Below are positions 1-34,496 of a DNA stretch of 64,000 nt, one piece after another. Each line of letters starts with the position of its first letter. The first letter of the stretch is position 1. This DNA is from Balanoglossus misakiensis (lineage: Eukaryota; Animalia; Hemichordata): positions 7,561,186 to 7,625,185 of the forward strand of contig CM082589.2 in NCBI GenBank assembly GCA_040954595.2, given 5' to 3'. The notes below the pieces were generated by a model. That model ran no database searches, was not told the origin of the DNA, and worked only from the letters and a program-made list of their open reading frames with translations. A program made the position numbers and the translations under genes.

Positions 1-310
1 AGAGAAAAAGCTGTATACAAGGAATGGATGAACATGGCCCAATTCATAAATTCCCCCGGACGAACTAACAATTTAATCAATATTAACCTTGATTAGCATA
101 GTGCCATCCGAGTTCGAAATTTTGGTATTTGCTATTATTTTATCACTGCGACTTTCCTGAGGCCGGACAAAACTTTCTACTTGTATTCAAATTGATGATC
201 GATATACCCAGCAAGTATACACATTTTTTACACCACTAAATAAGTCATCATCATCATCATCATCATATTGATGTATTACCATTGTGGCAATTTTGTTGTA
301 GAACAGCACG

Positions 311-2159
311 ATGCAAGATTGGAAGGCACTTGCCAGTTTCCCCGAGGATTATTTTAATGGGCTGGCTACATTTTGGAAGTGTGACACACACAACCTCTAT
401 TTGGAAGAAAGACAGAAAAATACAAGACGTGCCTTTGAAAGGTTTGACATCAAGGGAGGCAAATATTCGGAGTTGCAAGTGCTTGGCATAGGAACAGGAG
501 ACGGTGAGTATAATGTTATCTTCTTTTGAACTCAAATATCTGAAAAATCAAAGAAGTAGGGTAAGTGTAAGAAGTATAATTGTATAAGCGTGTACAAAGA
601 ATAATTCCCGAGATTGTAACGTTATGCGGAGTATTCTGTCGTACTTTCACTCGCTACGCTCGTGAAAATACCTTGGCAGAATACGCCGCATCACTCGTGA
701 ACATCACTCCTGTACGCCACAGATTGCTCACAGAGGAAATAAAGTTCTGTCATTTTACACCACCTCTAGCATTAATGTAATACTGATTCCTGTTCAATCC
801 CTCCTTGTTTGAGTTTGAATGTGTTTTTGTCAATCTGAAAGTCTGTGTTATTGATGTCACAAGATCCGGTTATTGTGAAAATTAAATCGTTCAAATCAGC
901 TATTCTTTAAACATGTCGAATGCTTTACAATGAATACATAACAACAATAAAAACATTGATAAATATTAAATTTCTTAGAAAAAATGCCTACAGTCATCCC
1001 AGCCCCCTACCTATCAATGTCAAATTAGTAAATGACTTGCTTTTGTACAGAAACTGTTGAATGTTATGTTTCCCCATGGTGCCGGTGACCTTAAAGTTTG
1101 GTCTAGCAATAGACTAGAATATTTATCCCGACAAAACCTAATTTTTAGTTCACGTGAGGCATTTCAATCCGCCAACAGGTAACATGGATATTCCAATAAT
1201 TGACACGTTGTGTGGCAAATATCACCACATCAACTTTTATGTTGCGGAACCCGCGGAAAGTGAAGTTAACAAGTACAAGACGTTGGTGGCGTCGAAACAG
1301 GAACAAGGCCTCTGGAAGAATGCCAATTTTGAATTCCATCGCCCGGGAACTGTTGAAAGTTACCTCGCAGATGCTAAAGCAGGGAAGGTTCAGAACAGGT
1401 TTGACGTCATTCATCTCCAACACAGCGCCTATCATTTAAAGAACATCATAGACATCTTCGTAGAGCTCTACGGACTGCTAAACTCCGGTGGGATGTTGTT
1501 CAATTTGATGAATTTAGGTAAGCAAAGTCCGAAAGGTGCTAACGCCTACGCAGCAACATTATCGATGACGCAAGTATTTTAATCGCTATCGATGATCGGT
1601 AAATTCATTCAACCATCAAATTTACATATACCCAGAGAAGCAAGGTACTAGGTTAGACTAACGGTATAATGACTATACTGATATTAATTTTTTTTCGGTA
1701 TTTGTGAAGATTCTGCTATGCCAAAAGAAAATTAAAAAGTTATGTGCCGTACAGAATCTATTTTACTCACGAGCAGAAGTTATGTTATAGTATTTGTCTC
1801 TTTTAGGCGCCTGGGAGAAGATTTATCTGCGAATTGCAAATATAACTGCTGACCCCTTGGTAACCAAATTTGGATCTGCTACGCTTCGAGAGATGTTGCA
1901 GCAACGAATCCCTCACGTGAAGATCACTGCATCAAAGCACGTCAACTTCGATTTCTGCATTGACGAGTGCTTCAAAGAAGACTCTAAGGACGGGAATGCG
2001 TTGCTTGATTTCCTGACTCAAGTCCACAACTTCAGACAGGATACACCCAAAGAAATATTCGATGATTTCATGAAATTTCTGAAAGAGGAATGTTGTAACA
2101 AGATCGGCGATAATTTCATTATGCCCCACGAAGAAGAAAATATTGTAATTATGAAGTAG
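311..2159 (+). CDS. Histamine N-methyltransferase-like class I SAM-dependent methyltransferase, 3 coding exons, 294 aa
   Basis: Exons 311-503, 1179-1517 and 1807-2159 join in frame with GT-AG sites (885 nt). SAM motif I (VLGIGTGDG), plus YVAEP, FDVIHLQHSAYH, LLNSGG and a C-terminal IDECFKEDSKDGNALLDFLT, resemble the HNMT family. The ATG follows a splice acceptor, so a 5' UTR exon probably lies upstream. Confidence 0.85.
596..745. mobile_element. Degenerate Crypton-like hairpin
   Basis: atgcggagtattctg ... cagaatacgccgcat around the loop cactcgctacgctcgtg. Confidence 0.5.
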
Positions 2160-2530
2160 AAAACTAAAGTTTGTGTTCCGTTGTGGTATTTGTTGGTTGC
2201 ACAATGGCAGCAGTGTTCAACTTGAATTGATTCAAATTTATTTCAACATTAAAAATAAAACAATAATCTGTAAACCACCGGGTAGTGAAGTTTCAAGACG
2301 CTTATTTCTTACTTCCAATCCCAAGAATACAATTGGGTGAGAGCTACGTTTCGATGTGACCAGCATGCTCAGGCTCGATAACAAAGACAAAGAAAACTTG
2401 CGCATGTCAGAGAAAAACAAAAGTTGGTGTTCACGTGACCTGCCGACAGAGCCTTGGTCCGGAACAGTGTTAGTTGAGGTCGCGCTGTCCCACAATCCGC
2501 AAGGTCCGGGTTTAGCAGCCGCCAGAGAGA

Positions 2531-5500
2531 ATGATGGCTTCATTGGCTGTTTTGGCTGGAGTGGCATTGGTAGCAATAATCGTATTCTATTATTTGAAGT
2601 CAGTGTTATGGCCCGAAGAGGCGGTGAGTTTCAATTCTGTCTGTGGGTCGATTTTTCCCAGTGTCTGTGGTGATCGACTTCGCTTAAGGTCACGGCGACT
2701 TTGTCAGGTCATCGACTACCTTCAAGGTCACGTCCCCGGGTCGGGTACTATAATTTAACGTTGCTGGTTTAGTGATATGCGATTTCCAGATTCTATCTCA
2801 ATGATATGTGTGATGTATTTTTCGTTTGCTTTGACTAAACACATTCCTCCGCATTGCAATGCAGCTTTTGATATGGCAGTGTGCCAAGCAGGCGATGCCG
2901 CCATTGTGACGTGAACATAAATTATTCAAAGGTCGAGCGGTCATACTCTTAGACCCTTCGTACGTGACTGTCTCAAAAGACTCGACTGGCCCACTTTCAT
3001 ATTAATTATGACCCCAGCGAGTAATGTTACAGCCGATGTTTTGTTTATCATTCAACATTACCACCCTTTTGTAATACTAGTAGAAAGTGCAGACATTTTT
3101 TGTTCAAAATAATATCTTTAACAACACAATGCCAGGATCAATATAAACGTTACATAGGGGTAATGGTGGCGAGCTTTTACTGTTAGGAGTGCCATCCATG
3201 TTTCTATAAACAACACTTGCATAGTTTATTAAAATTAGTGTCAAAAGTCTCAGCTAGCCAAACAACATTGTCTGTCAATCCCTGCCGTCTGGTGATGATA
3301 TTGACACGTTTTTACATTGATAAAATGAGGTTTCATACAGATAATCTAACAATATTGTATTTGCCTTTCAAGTTAATGTAACATGTACATTCCAATAAAA
3401 AATCTTTAAACTTGTCGAAATTACAGAAATGCATTGTATTACGTGAGCGTAAGTTTTATTCTACAGAGTAGTGTAGAACAAGGATTTGCACAGTGTCACT
3501 TAAAGGTATACGGTCACCTATTGAAAATTAGCTATAGTTACCATGGCAAATTGAGATCTGACCAATCACCGATTTTCAGTGGGTGGCACACGCGAAAAAA
3601 AGAACGCCACCATATGTTCTTTAGAACTCTCAAATACGTCATTTCAGCCATATGCATGGGCGTATGTAAATTGGAGGTGAGTGTATACCTTTAAGCTTCA
3701 AATAATGCCCCTGTGTTGTCTGACATGTATTATGTTATTTCTTTTCTTTGTTATATCTAATTGTATTTGGGAACAAAGAAATTTGGAGGCAGTAGCAGTG
3801 GAAGTGTCCAAACTCAAATACCTGGGATGCCGAAGTCCGACCCTGAGTAGGTTACTACAGTCAAAATTTCATTTCATATAGTCCACATGGACAACTTCTA
3901 GAAGGGGTTATAGGTTAGACTTTTCCATCATGCATGTACAATATGTATCTGTCCATTCCATCCCTAATCAGACATGGCTGATCAACTCATTCCAATCAAA
4001 CGTGACAAGGGGTGTTCTATTAAAGGAACAAAGTCTCTCTCTCGCTGCCCTTTTCACACGTTCCATTAATTATGTTTGATACAAGACACCGTTTGTGTTA
4101 ATGTACATGTGGATAGTGAATCAACGTTCAACCACACACACCTATCCCAATTGCAGACACGAGAGTGAAAAGAAAACTCGCCAAAATGAATAATCGGTCT
4201 CTCCCATTTATTCATTTTGGGCGGGTTTTTACTCTCATATCATACAAGCGGGATGGGAGTTGCGTTTGGTTGAACGTTTATTCACTAAATATACACACGT
4301 ACATTAACATAAACGGTGTCTTGTATCAAACATAATTAGTGGAAAAAGGGCAGCGAGAGAGAGACTTTGTCCCTTTAATGCATGTCAATTTGTGTTGAAA
4401 TTATACGATCCAAAATGGCCACCGGGCAACCATATTGTTTTGAAGTTTTCATGCACAGAGCGCCGTGCACATATTGACTGAACAGAGTACTTTCTTTGAA
4501 CTTGTGCTGAATTCCTTCCACTCTGTTTCGTCAGTTTTATCATAAACACTAGATAATATGGTTTTATCAATCTCTCCTCCATGTGTGACAGAAGTGGTAA
4601 TTTGGATGACATCAATACGGCTGGGAGTCTACATGAATTCCTCGCCCTCCTCCATTCCAAATATGGCCCAGTTGCATCATTCTGGTACGGTAAACACTAC
4701 TATGTCAGCCTGGCCTCCCCAGAAGCCTGGAAGGACACAATTAAATTAGTTGACAGACCACGTGAGTTCTTATCAAATGTACTCAATATGGTAGATCACA
4801 TTGTATAATCAACTGTGTATTGTTTTGTGTGAAATGTGTGCCAAATCTATTTTTCTGGAATATGTTCATTTTACGATTACAGACAATAAAATGGTCATCT
4901 TGCTTCATTGGTAGTCTGGGACTACCTGTCTCTATATTGACAATCATATTCTTTCCGTTGTTTCTTTTTTAGTTGAGCTTTTCCAATTTATGTTGCCCTT
5001 GTTCGGGCCTGGAAGTATTCAGTATGCAAATGGGGAAGAAGCCAAAAGACGACGAAAAACTTATGACAAGTCCTTCAGTCATGAAGCCATTCATCATTAC
5101 TACAGTGATTTTCAGTCGGTAAGATTTAAGTATTTACGTTTCTCCCATTTTGAATGAATCTTTTTAGACCTCTGCTAATTTACTTACCATGAATAGCAAT
5201 TACTGGACGTGTTTTTCTTTCATATTCTGAAATTGTGCATCGCTACATATATTCACTTTGGTTAACTGGGGCCATTTATTTAATTAAGTGTGATGTGGTC
5301 ATCTATGCACTTACCGAATTCTGCCAATGATTTCAGTCAGTTCCAAATCAATATTGACCCCTTCGCCATCATGGTTTGGTCAAATTCCATTAGTGTCAAT
5401 AATGGACCTTTATACAATGAAATTGAGTGAAAGGGTTGACTGGACACTAAGCCGTCACTTTTGGCTATATTTTCTGTATTTGTTTCTGTGTATCAAATTT

Positions 5501-8500
5501 CTTGTTCTACTCCAAACAGCGACTAATATAACCATTACTCTACTTGTCAACGTAGCCTGTATGTGTGTAAAAAAATGATTATTGCTGACAAATGAATTGT
5601 AGTTATGTGTACATTAATTTAATCTATGTAATTATATGCAATGATGACAGGCCGCTGATTCAACTGCAAAGAAGATATCATCATTGCCAACTGAGGAACA
5701 CATTCCATTATCAGAATACATGTCGATGATGACCATTAAAGCCATCAGTCGGGCTACATACGGGGGCTTTTTCAAGAAAGATGAACAAGCAGTCACGCTG
5801 ATTCACCACTATAATACAGTGAGTTCTTTCTGAGCATTTCCTCAACAAATAACTAACAGTTTTGACATTAATGTGGTTATTTTTAAGTTACTCAGTGATA
5901 TTTCCTTACTATAAATAAAGACAAGACATAACTGATTTGCAAGTAAGTTTTTTTTCCCATATAAATTTGATTTTAAAGATTTCTAATCGTAATTATGTAA
6001 TTCTGGATAAATCTCTGCGATAAATGTTGTGATTTTTTTCAGGTTATGGGATTGCTGAATCTGAGAATAGCTAATGAGGCAGAAACTGGAGAGAAGTTTA
6101 ACACTGGTAATATGTTACATTTTAGTGTCCTCTTTTGAAGTACATTTGGTTATTTTAATTTCTCTTAAAGGCACGTAAGCTGCAACTGGATAAAAAATCA
6201 ATGTTTTAAATAATCTCATATATGCTTTTAATTATATCTATTAAATGCTATTTCATGATAATATATCAAGCTCAACACTTATTTATGACAAAATGGCCAA
6301 AAATTGAAGACAAACGAAAATTCCTGAAATTTTTAAAAAAGTGCAATATTGCAATGAAAAATGAAAATCTGATGTCTCAGTGGTGTACATTTACTTCTAT
6401 GAGCTCAAGTGGATGAGATCATGTTTTGTTTATGAAGTTTCACAACCGGAAATGCGACATTTTCATTGTTTCTTTCATTTTCCCACGGTGGCGGCCATAA
6501 TCGCTTGTGGCAAAGCTTTATTATTTATCTGGTTAAAACTTGCATATGCACTCATATTTAGGGTTTATAATGCTTGTGTATAGTTCACTGCCTTCATCGG
6601 CATGGACTAATGGTAGTGCAGTGTGAAACAAAAATTATGAAAATTATCCCAAAAGATACAGCTTACGTGCCTTTAATAGGCTATATATTGTGTTAGTCTA
6701 CTCACTGAAAGATTCGCAATTCCTGACTGTTACAACTCAAGCTGTTGATGGGCATGACATTAAATACTACCACGGTTGAATTTTGGGTATTGACCAAAAA
6801 TTCAATGATGGAAATATCTCTGTGTTAATGTCCATACATGTTATAAAAAGCCCAAATTATATTTTCTTTTGATGTGGACACAGCTCTGAAAGCATGGCAG
6901 GACTTCATGCATGGTGCAGTGCAGTATCGCCGTGACAACCCTCCGAAAGAGGGCGATGCCCACATTTTCATGGATGTCCTTATTGATTATTTCGACAATG
7001 AAGAGGACATTTTTTCAGATGGAATCACTTTTTTCTTTGCTGCCTTTCATACGACTGCTTTCAGTAGGTTGTTGCTATTATTATCATTCTTATTATCATT
7101 ACAAAGTGGTTTCACAAGAAAAATTTTGTATCACTTAGAGGTGGGTTGACAGATATTGATCACTGTAGCGTATTAATACACAACAGATTATATCAACCCC
7201 CCCCCCCAAAAAAAAAATATACACCTGTCCACCAGGTTTCATAGATTATGCCATAGGTACAACAACCCATGGTGCTACTTGTGAGTGCACTCTAATGACT
7301 AGCAAAGGCCCACATCCATGCTTGTAATTTGTTGAGACTATTTGTACGTTTGATCAGTGTAAAAAGCTTTATAGTCAAACGCACATTTAAAGTGACAAAG
7401 TCTCTCTCTCGCTGCCTTTTTTCTATTATTTATGTTTGATACAAGACACCGTGTATTTTATTCTACATGTGGATACATAGTGAATCTACATTCGACCACA
7501 TACAACTTCCATCCCGTTTGTAGGATATGAGTAAAAATCTCGCCAAAATGAATAAATGGTAAACACCGATTGTTCATTTTGGCGAGTTTTTCACTCTCGT
7601 GTCTACAGGTGGAATATAAGTTGTGTGTTGTCGAACGTTGTTTCACCATATATCCACATGTAGAATAACATAAATGGTGTCTTGTATCAAACATAATTAA
7701 TGGGAAAAGGGCAGCCAGAGACAGACGTTGTTCTTATTGTATGGTTTCAAGTGTCTATAAGGAACACTCTTAATGCAGCGTTTATTGGCATTTCATACTT
7801 ACAGTGATGGTATGGTCAATCTACTACATGTGTAAACACCCAGACGTCCAGGATAAGGTGTACAAGGAAGTAAACGAAGTTCTCGGCAAGGATGGAAAAG
7901 TGGATCATACAAACTTGGCCCAGTTGCAGTAAGTCAGAAAATAGGTGTGGTGTCTGCGTTCTGTTCTGTAGTTTTGCCTGGTATGGTCTGGTGTGGTCTG
8001 ATTTTCTACTGCATGTGTGAAATTTTACGGGACGTTATAGTACATTGTCAATTTGTTGTGGTTATAATGGCTATATGGACAGCCTATCGTATGGGTATGG
8101 ATGTGGATGGATGGATGTATGGATGGTTAAGTATCTAGATGATGTTCAGTGAGTGTGGTGGGATAGGTTAGGGTACATGTATCTCTCTTATGCGTCACAT
8201 ATCACATCACATCTTGCTGATGAGCCTGTTTCATATATGTGATCATGTAGAAAGAAGCATATATACTCATCACAAAATGACAAGTGTGACTTTGGTGGTT
8301 CAATTTGTATGCACCTTTCTGAAGTATATACGTCTTTTAGCAAGCAGAACAAAAACAATGGTAGACATAACATTTCTCCTCGGTCAATAATACAATATTT
8401 ACATGTCCTGTGAGTGTGAGCATGTCCTTCCAATACATGTACTCATATTTTTTCCGCAGGTACATGAAGATGGTATTCGATGAAGCTATGAGATGTTCCG

Positions 8501-10175
8501 TATTGGCCCCATTTGCTGCCAGAGTCAACTATGAAAAAGATATGAAAGTCCAAGGGTATCTGATTCCTAAAGGAGTGAGAAAAAATAACATTAAATAATA
8601 TGTACATTAGCCGACTAAAGCAAAACAACATTATGTAGCAACATGGACACAAGTCAAGTCTTGTAGAATCTGAGTTTTTGCAATCTCTTCAAGTGTTTTT
8701 ATGACATCTAAAATATTTTGTCAGTCCTAGTGTATCTGAAAACTTCCACCGCATCTGTACAGACAAGTTCAACGTGATCTTTCAATTTTTGCAGTATCTT
8801 CATAATTTTAATCTCAAGCCTCAGCTTGGTTCATTTAAATAAGCTTGCTGATGGATGTATGCAAAAAGTAATATTAACCTTTGATTGTGGCTGTACATGT
8901 AAATGTAAGCAAATAATTAATAACAAACAGCACTCCTGAATTTGACGTATAACAGCAACTTAGCTTTAATACCATCTAATTTGTCATTTTAGTCCCGTAA
9001 CCGCCAATGAAACCGTAGTAATTTCTCTTGCAGACTGGCATGATCCATGCACTTGGAGTTGTTCTACAGGATGCCAAAATATGGCCAGATCCACAGAGGT
9101 AATGTTTTATAGCTGCAGATGGTGCAAGATACTATCAGCCACCCATTTGGCACAAAATGACTGGAAACCGATGAGATAACAAGTAATATGGTTGTGTGTT
9201 TGATTAAAGGGGAAATCCGTCGTAGCTGATTTCTACATAATTTGGTAGATTTGATGTCACTCTTTCAGAAAAAAACATATTCGCCATGTAAAGGTCGCGC
9301 GATTTTTTACAAAATCTAGGGAAAGTTGGCAGAATTTCCAATATGGCGTTTACTGTAATTTGAATCATGGGAAAAAAAGCGCCAGGACCAACTTCCGCCC
9401 ACCTTAGTGTGGGTGATACCATTTTCCGATTGGCCAGCCAGATCTGTCCTCTGTGGGACTGATTAATAGCTTTTCATAGTAAATAAGTTTTTGCTGTTAA
9501 ACTCACTGAAGAATTTAACCAAACCTTAAGATGTGAATTATACTACGGTCACACTGGTAAAAAATTCAAAACGTTTCAAAAGACTATTTGGCTTTTGTAA
9601 ACACAGAGAATTAATCCTTTGAGTCGCCTTGTGTCCACACACAAAGGCGCTGAGGCTTGGCCCCATACACAATGGCTTGCCGAGAGGTTACACCGGCTCT
9701 GGTCTGGCCGGCAAAGCTGTCTCATATCTGAGACGTTTCAGGACCACTTTAACCGTTCACACATAATAATTTACGCCAGTATTTCATCTGAGACGTTTCT
9801 GAACCGTCTTAAATGGTTCCTGTGTGACCACCTATTATTCACTGTAGTTTTTTATTAGATTATACTGTCGGACAAACAGTTCCAAAAGGGGTGACTCACA
9901 TCACACATTCTTTCCTTTGTAGCTTTGACCCAGACCGATTTCTACCCGAGGAAGTTGCAAAGCGCCACAACTTGGCGCACTCACCATTTGGCTTTGCCGG
10001 AAAACGGATGTGTCCAGGGTACCGCACGGCGTACGCTGAGGGCGCAGTCTTCTTGGCCACTCTGCTCAGGAAGTTCAAGTTCGATCTGGTCGAAGGACAA
10101 GATATCAGTCGCAAGTTTGGGTTTGTGACAATGCCCAGTGATGAGATCTGGGTAAATGTTACAAAAAGGAAGTAA
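2531..10175 (+). CDS. CYP20A1: Cytochrome P450, CYP20 family-like, 11 exons, ~481 aa
   Basis: Exons 2531-2623, 3779-3846, 4592-4761, 4973-5118, 5651-5818, 6043-6106, 6884-7063, 7805-7928, 8460-8574, 9034-9098 and 9923-10175 total 1446 nt in frame. N-terminal anchor; CYP20-typical GNLDDINTAGSLHEFL..LH.KYGPVASFWYG; I-helix FAAFHTTA; K-helix EAMR; PDRF; heme motif PFGFAGKRMCPG. Confidence 0.88.
3504..3690. mobile_element. MITE family K2 (Kolobok/T2-type, ~185 bp)
   Basis: TTAA TSD; TIR AGGTATAC(G/A)GTCACC. Other copies at ~45302, 50793, 51450 and 54110. Confidence 0.8.
4024..4374. mobile_element. Fold-back MITE family K1 (Kolobok/T2-type), copy 1
   Basis: TTAA on both sides; termini AGG(G/A)ACAAAGTCTCTCTC; long internal inverted repeats. 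Confidence 0.8.
6169..6672. mobile_element. TTAA-flanked MITE (Kolobok-type), family K3
   Basis: TTAA-AGGCACGTAAGCTG ... CAGCTTACGTGCCT-TTAA, a perfect 14-bp TIR. Confidence 0.8.
7391..7734. mobile_element. MITE family K1, degenerate copy
   Basis: Same TIR and internal tgtttgatacaagacacc inverted repeat; right end degraded. Confidence 0.72.
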
Positions 10176-10406
10176 TGATATCGCTTACATTTGGTGAGTG
10201 AATACCACACAAAGATAATGATACGGCTACAATTACTTACAGGAATTATATAAGATTTTTTTTGTTATATTTCATTTGCTAAGGTTGAAAAAATTCGATA
10301 TACGCGTTGATATGAAAATTCTACAATGTACAAATCATATTGTTTTCATTCCTTTTGTGCTCCAGAAAAAACAAGCAATCGTAAAAAAATTCTTTAGCAC
10401 ATTTAT

Positions 10407-10777
10407 AGGCCGTTCACATTACTCAAAAAAGGCTAGGACCTTGTCCTATCAAGGTCCTTGGCTGAGCAAAAAAAAACAGGTGTGAACGGGTCTGGCCGAC
10501 CCTTGCCCGGACAATTTTTGTCCCAGTTGAATAGGGTGGTTTGTGGTCGACTCTGGCCCGACTCTGGCCCCAGCATTGTGTGTACACGTTTTGTCCGACT
10601 CTGGTCCTAGTTGACACCTTTTACAATTGACATGAACAGTGTAATCTATCTTTTGACAATGGTGAAAATCGTATAAACAAACAGAAAACGACCAACATGG
10701 CTCTGCTTTATAAGGTCAAAGGTTGGCGAGACGATGTTGGCCTGGACTGTCCGAAACACAATGTGAACGGGGACTAA
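10407..10777. mobile_element. Probable MITE downstream of the P450
   Basis: Terminal inverted ccgttcacatt / aatgtgaacgg with internal gactctggccc repeats. Confidence 0.5.
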
Positions 10778-12957
10778 AGATTAGCTTATCTTGTCACAAT
10801 CATCGGGATTAGTTTTGTCCGGCCATGGGCCTAGAATTGTGAACATATAATCGTCTTAACTACTGAGCTGACTATATTTACCGTAATCAAGGCTCGAAAT
10901 GTTTGCTTTTTTACTTATTCCGGACAGGTACTTTGATGCCATTGAAAATGGCTATTTGTATGTCAAAAGACTGCTACCCAGGAAATTATTATGACATCAT
11001 AGAAGTCGATCACTTTATCTGACCCACTACTAATTGGCCATAATGGTCAAAATTAACTGGACAGTATACAGTAGTGTTGGAACAAAATGCTAAAAACATG
11101 TTACTAGACTACATGTAATATTAAGTGCAGCACTGTAATATTTTGAAAGAAAACACTATATTCTGCCATTTTATGTAGAATTTCTTAGTTTGGTGTATGA
11201 AGTTAATTAAAATTCCAGTTCGATGGGCGATTGTCTTATTTTAACACTATACAGTGTAGTGTCAGTGCGAAAGAACAGCTTGAATGTGCAAAACTTGGCC
11301 CGATTTTTGTGTTGTGTTGGTGAGTTCGTTTCGGGGATGTTCAATATCACATTTGACAATAATTCTGGTCATAGATTGTGACAGTGATCTCGCTGTCTAA
11401 ACTAACACGTCATGGAGTCGCTCTTGCCGTGATAGATGATTTTCCGCTCATTGCGAGATCTCGCGAGACTTGGTTAATGACTGTAGCAACGGATGGTATC
11501 AAGGTATTACATGTAGTTGCAAAGTCGAGAATCGTCAAACAGTGAAGATTTCGTACTCGGAATGTGCAAGACAGGATTCAGGAGGTCGACCACAAAGTCC
11601 TCTTGCAATAAAACTTCGAACTGTATACCAGCGTAATTGTTGGTAACGGTCACTTACCACACTTCTGCCACTGGCTGTGTTATTCTGGCAACCAAGAGAC
11701 CTGACTTACTCGCCAACGGTAATTGAATTAACGTAGCAACAAAAATCCAACATACTGGATCTTTTGATATATAACAATAACAGCCTTAGGCCTAACCCTT
11801 CTTTTACCACTTTGGTTTCGTCCAAATCCATTGCTTTCTATGGTAAAGTATGACCTTTGCACACGCAAAAAGGGGTGCAAGGTTTAGACATAAAAGTAGG
11901 GATTTGAATTAAGTTTGTGGCAATAATGTCTATGTACATGTGTACAATCCTACAGAATCATGGGTAATTTCGCGTCTTTTGAAGGAACTGTTCGCTAACC
12001 CCAGTGTGTGGTATTAATTAATTTCGTGTTTTGTCCAATCTTAGTCCAAATCTAACATCCTTACGCAAACACGCGTAACCTGGCCACATGCACAATACAC
12101 AAGCTGAGCTCCAACTAGGCGATAAGCGGGTTAGTCTGAGAGAGAAGGGGACTTGATTACCGGTTCGCCGAAAACAGGACGTACGATAAGCTTTAGAGCC
12201 AATATGAAACGCCTGTATCACCGTTTTCCCACTCACTGTGACGAGCGGTCAAAACAAGACGAGGACATTACGCAAGAAACATGGTCAAAAACAAAAAACA
12301 AATCCTTCGTATCGCATTCGATGTTCAAGGATCAAGTAGCTCTCAGCTGATATGGCCGAACACAGATCTCATTTATTTAAATGTCACAGACACGATCTGT
12401 TGAGACAAAACGTTGCGGTCTTCAGAATAGATACCGTCGGTTAGTGACGTTGCTTTTGGCCAATAAATGTTCACGAAGTTTACCGTATATTTGATAGAAA
12501 CGTTTCTAAAGGGTCTCAAACGGCCTACTGCAGTGTCTATCAATGTGCAAAAAGGTCACGGTTCCTCCTATGTCACGTGATGGCGGCACCCGATTGCAAC
12601 TTTTTCGTCTGTCGTCAGTGACGCCATCGTCTGCGCGCGCAAGTACCAAAGTCGGCAAAGTATATGGACTGAAAGTGTGGCTGAAGCCCATGCACCAACA
12701 AGTGAACTCATGAACATTTGGAAGCAGCAATCGCGAAAACGGTGTTTGCTTTACGGATAACATAGGCAACAAAACATATGTAATTTTGATTTCGGATCTT
12801 ACCACCATATCTACTCCATTTCATTTAATATTATCTAATTACCATTTTATTTGGAATCGCACGTTGGCACCCCCGTAAGCTTATTATCACAAACACCAAA
12901 ATCACCTATCAAAGCCTGAGCTGATTAAACTACATGCAGTTGCTCCAGGTCGGCACC

Positions 12958-33742
<20,785 letters not shown>

Positions 33743-34212
33743 CCACTCTCTGAAGACTGGAAGCTCTGGCCTATTCTGTGAAATCACAGGAATATTTTGA
33801 ATTCTCTATCTATAGCCATTAGGGGAAAATCGGGTCAATGATACGGAAACGTTTGAGACATTCTTCAATTTAATGTTGAAGTTTCCATTTTCAATAATAG
33901 GCTGAATTGACATTACATGTATTTTAAACACTTTGGTGCAATTCAAATCAAACATTTGACGAAATGTTCATAAACAAAACTGTAATCTACATAACTAATG
34001 CATTCCGGTGACCTGAAATGCCTCTCCTTGATGTTGTACACGTTTTCGAACTGGGTTTTTTTTCATTAAAATTAAATTTCATGTTCAACTATATGCTTGT
34101 GAAGAAGTGTCTCGGCGTTTACAACACCCATCGGCTTCATAGCACTAGATCGTGTAGTCACTCACTGGAATGTGACAACTGAACAGCCATACAGAGTAAT
34201 TAATGAGAGGGT

Positions 34213-34344
34213 TTTTTACACTCTCGTGTCTACAAGCGGGATGGAAGGTGTGTGTGGTTGAACGTTGATTCACTATATATCCACATGTAGAATAGCACAA
34301 ACAGTGTCTTGTATCAAACTTACTTAATTGAAAAAGGGGGCAGC
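34213..34344. mobile_element. MITE family K1, one-arm fragment
   Basis: Matches the right arm of K1 and ends gagagactttgtccct. Confidence 0.65.
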
Positions 34345-34496
34345 GTGAGAGAGACTTTGTCCCTTCAAATAAATGTACACATTGAACAAGATAACCACGC
34401 ACGTCGTTTTTTACGTAAGCCTTTATTCACAGTCCAATTCATTACTACTGTTTCCATCTAAGACATTGTCAGTCATTTAGTTACATCGCGATAACT

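Noticed and set aside
11340-12700. CpG-containing intergenic region with a TCTCGCGAGA palindrome, an E-box and short ORFs
   Set aside because: Probably promoter or repeat-derived, but no gene, RNA structure or TSS could be supported from the sequence alone.
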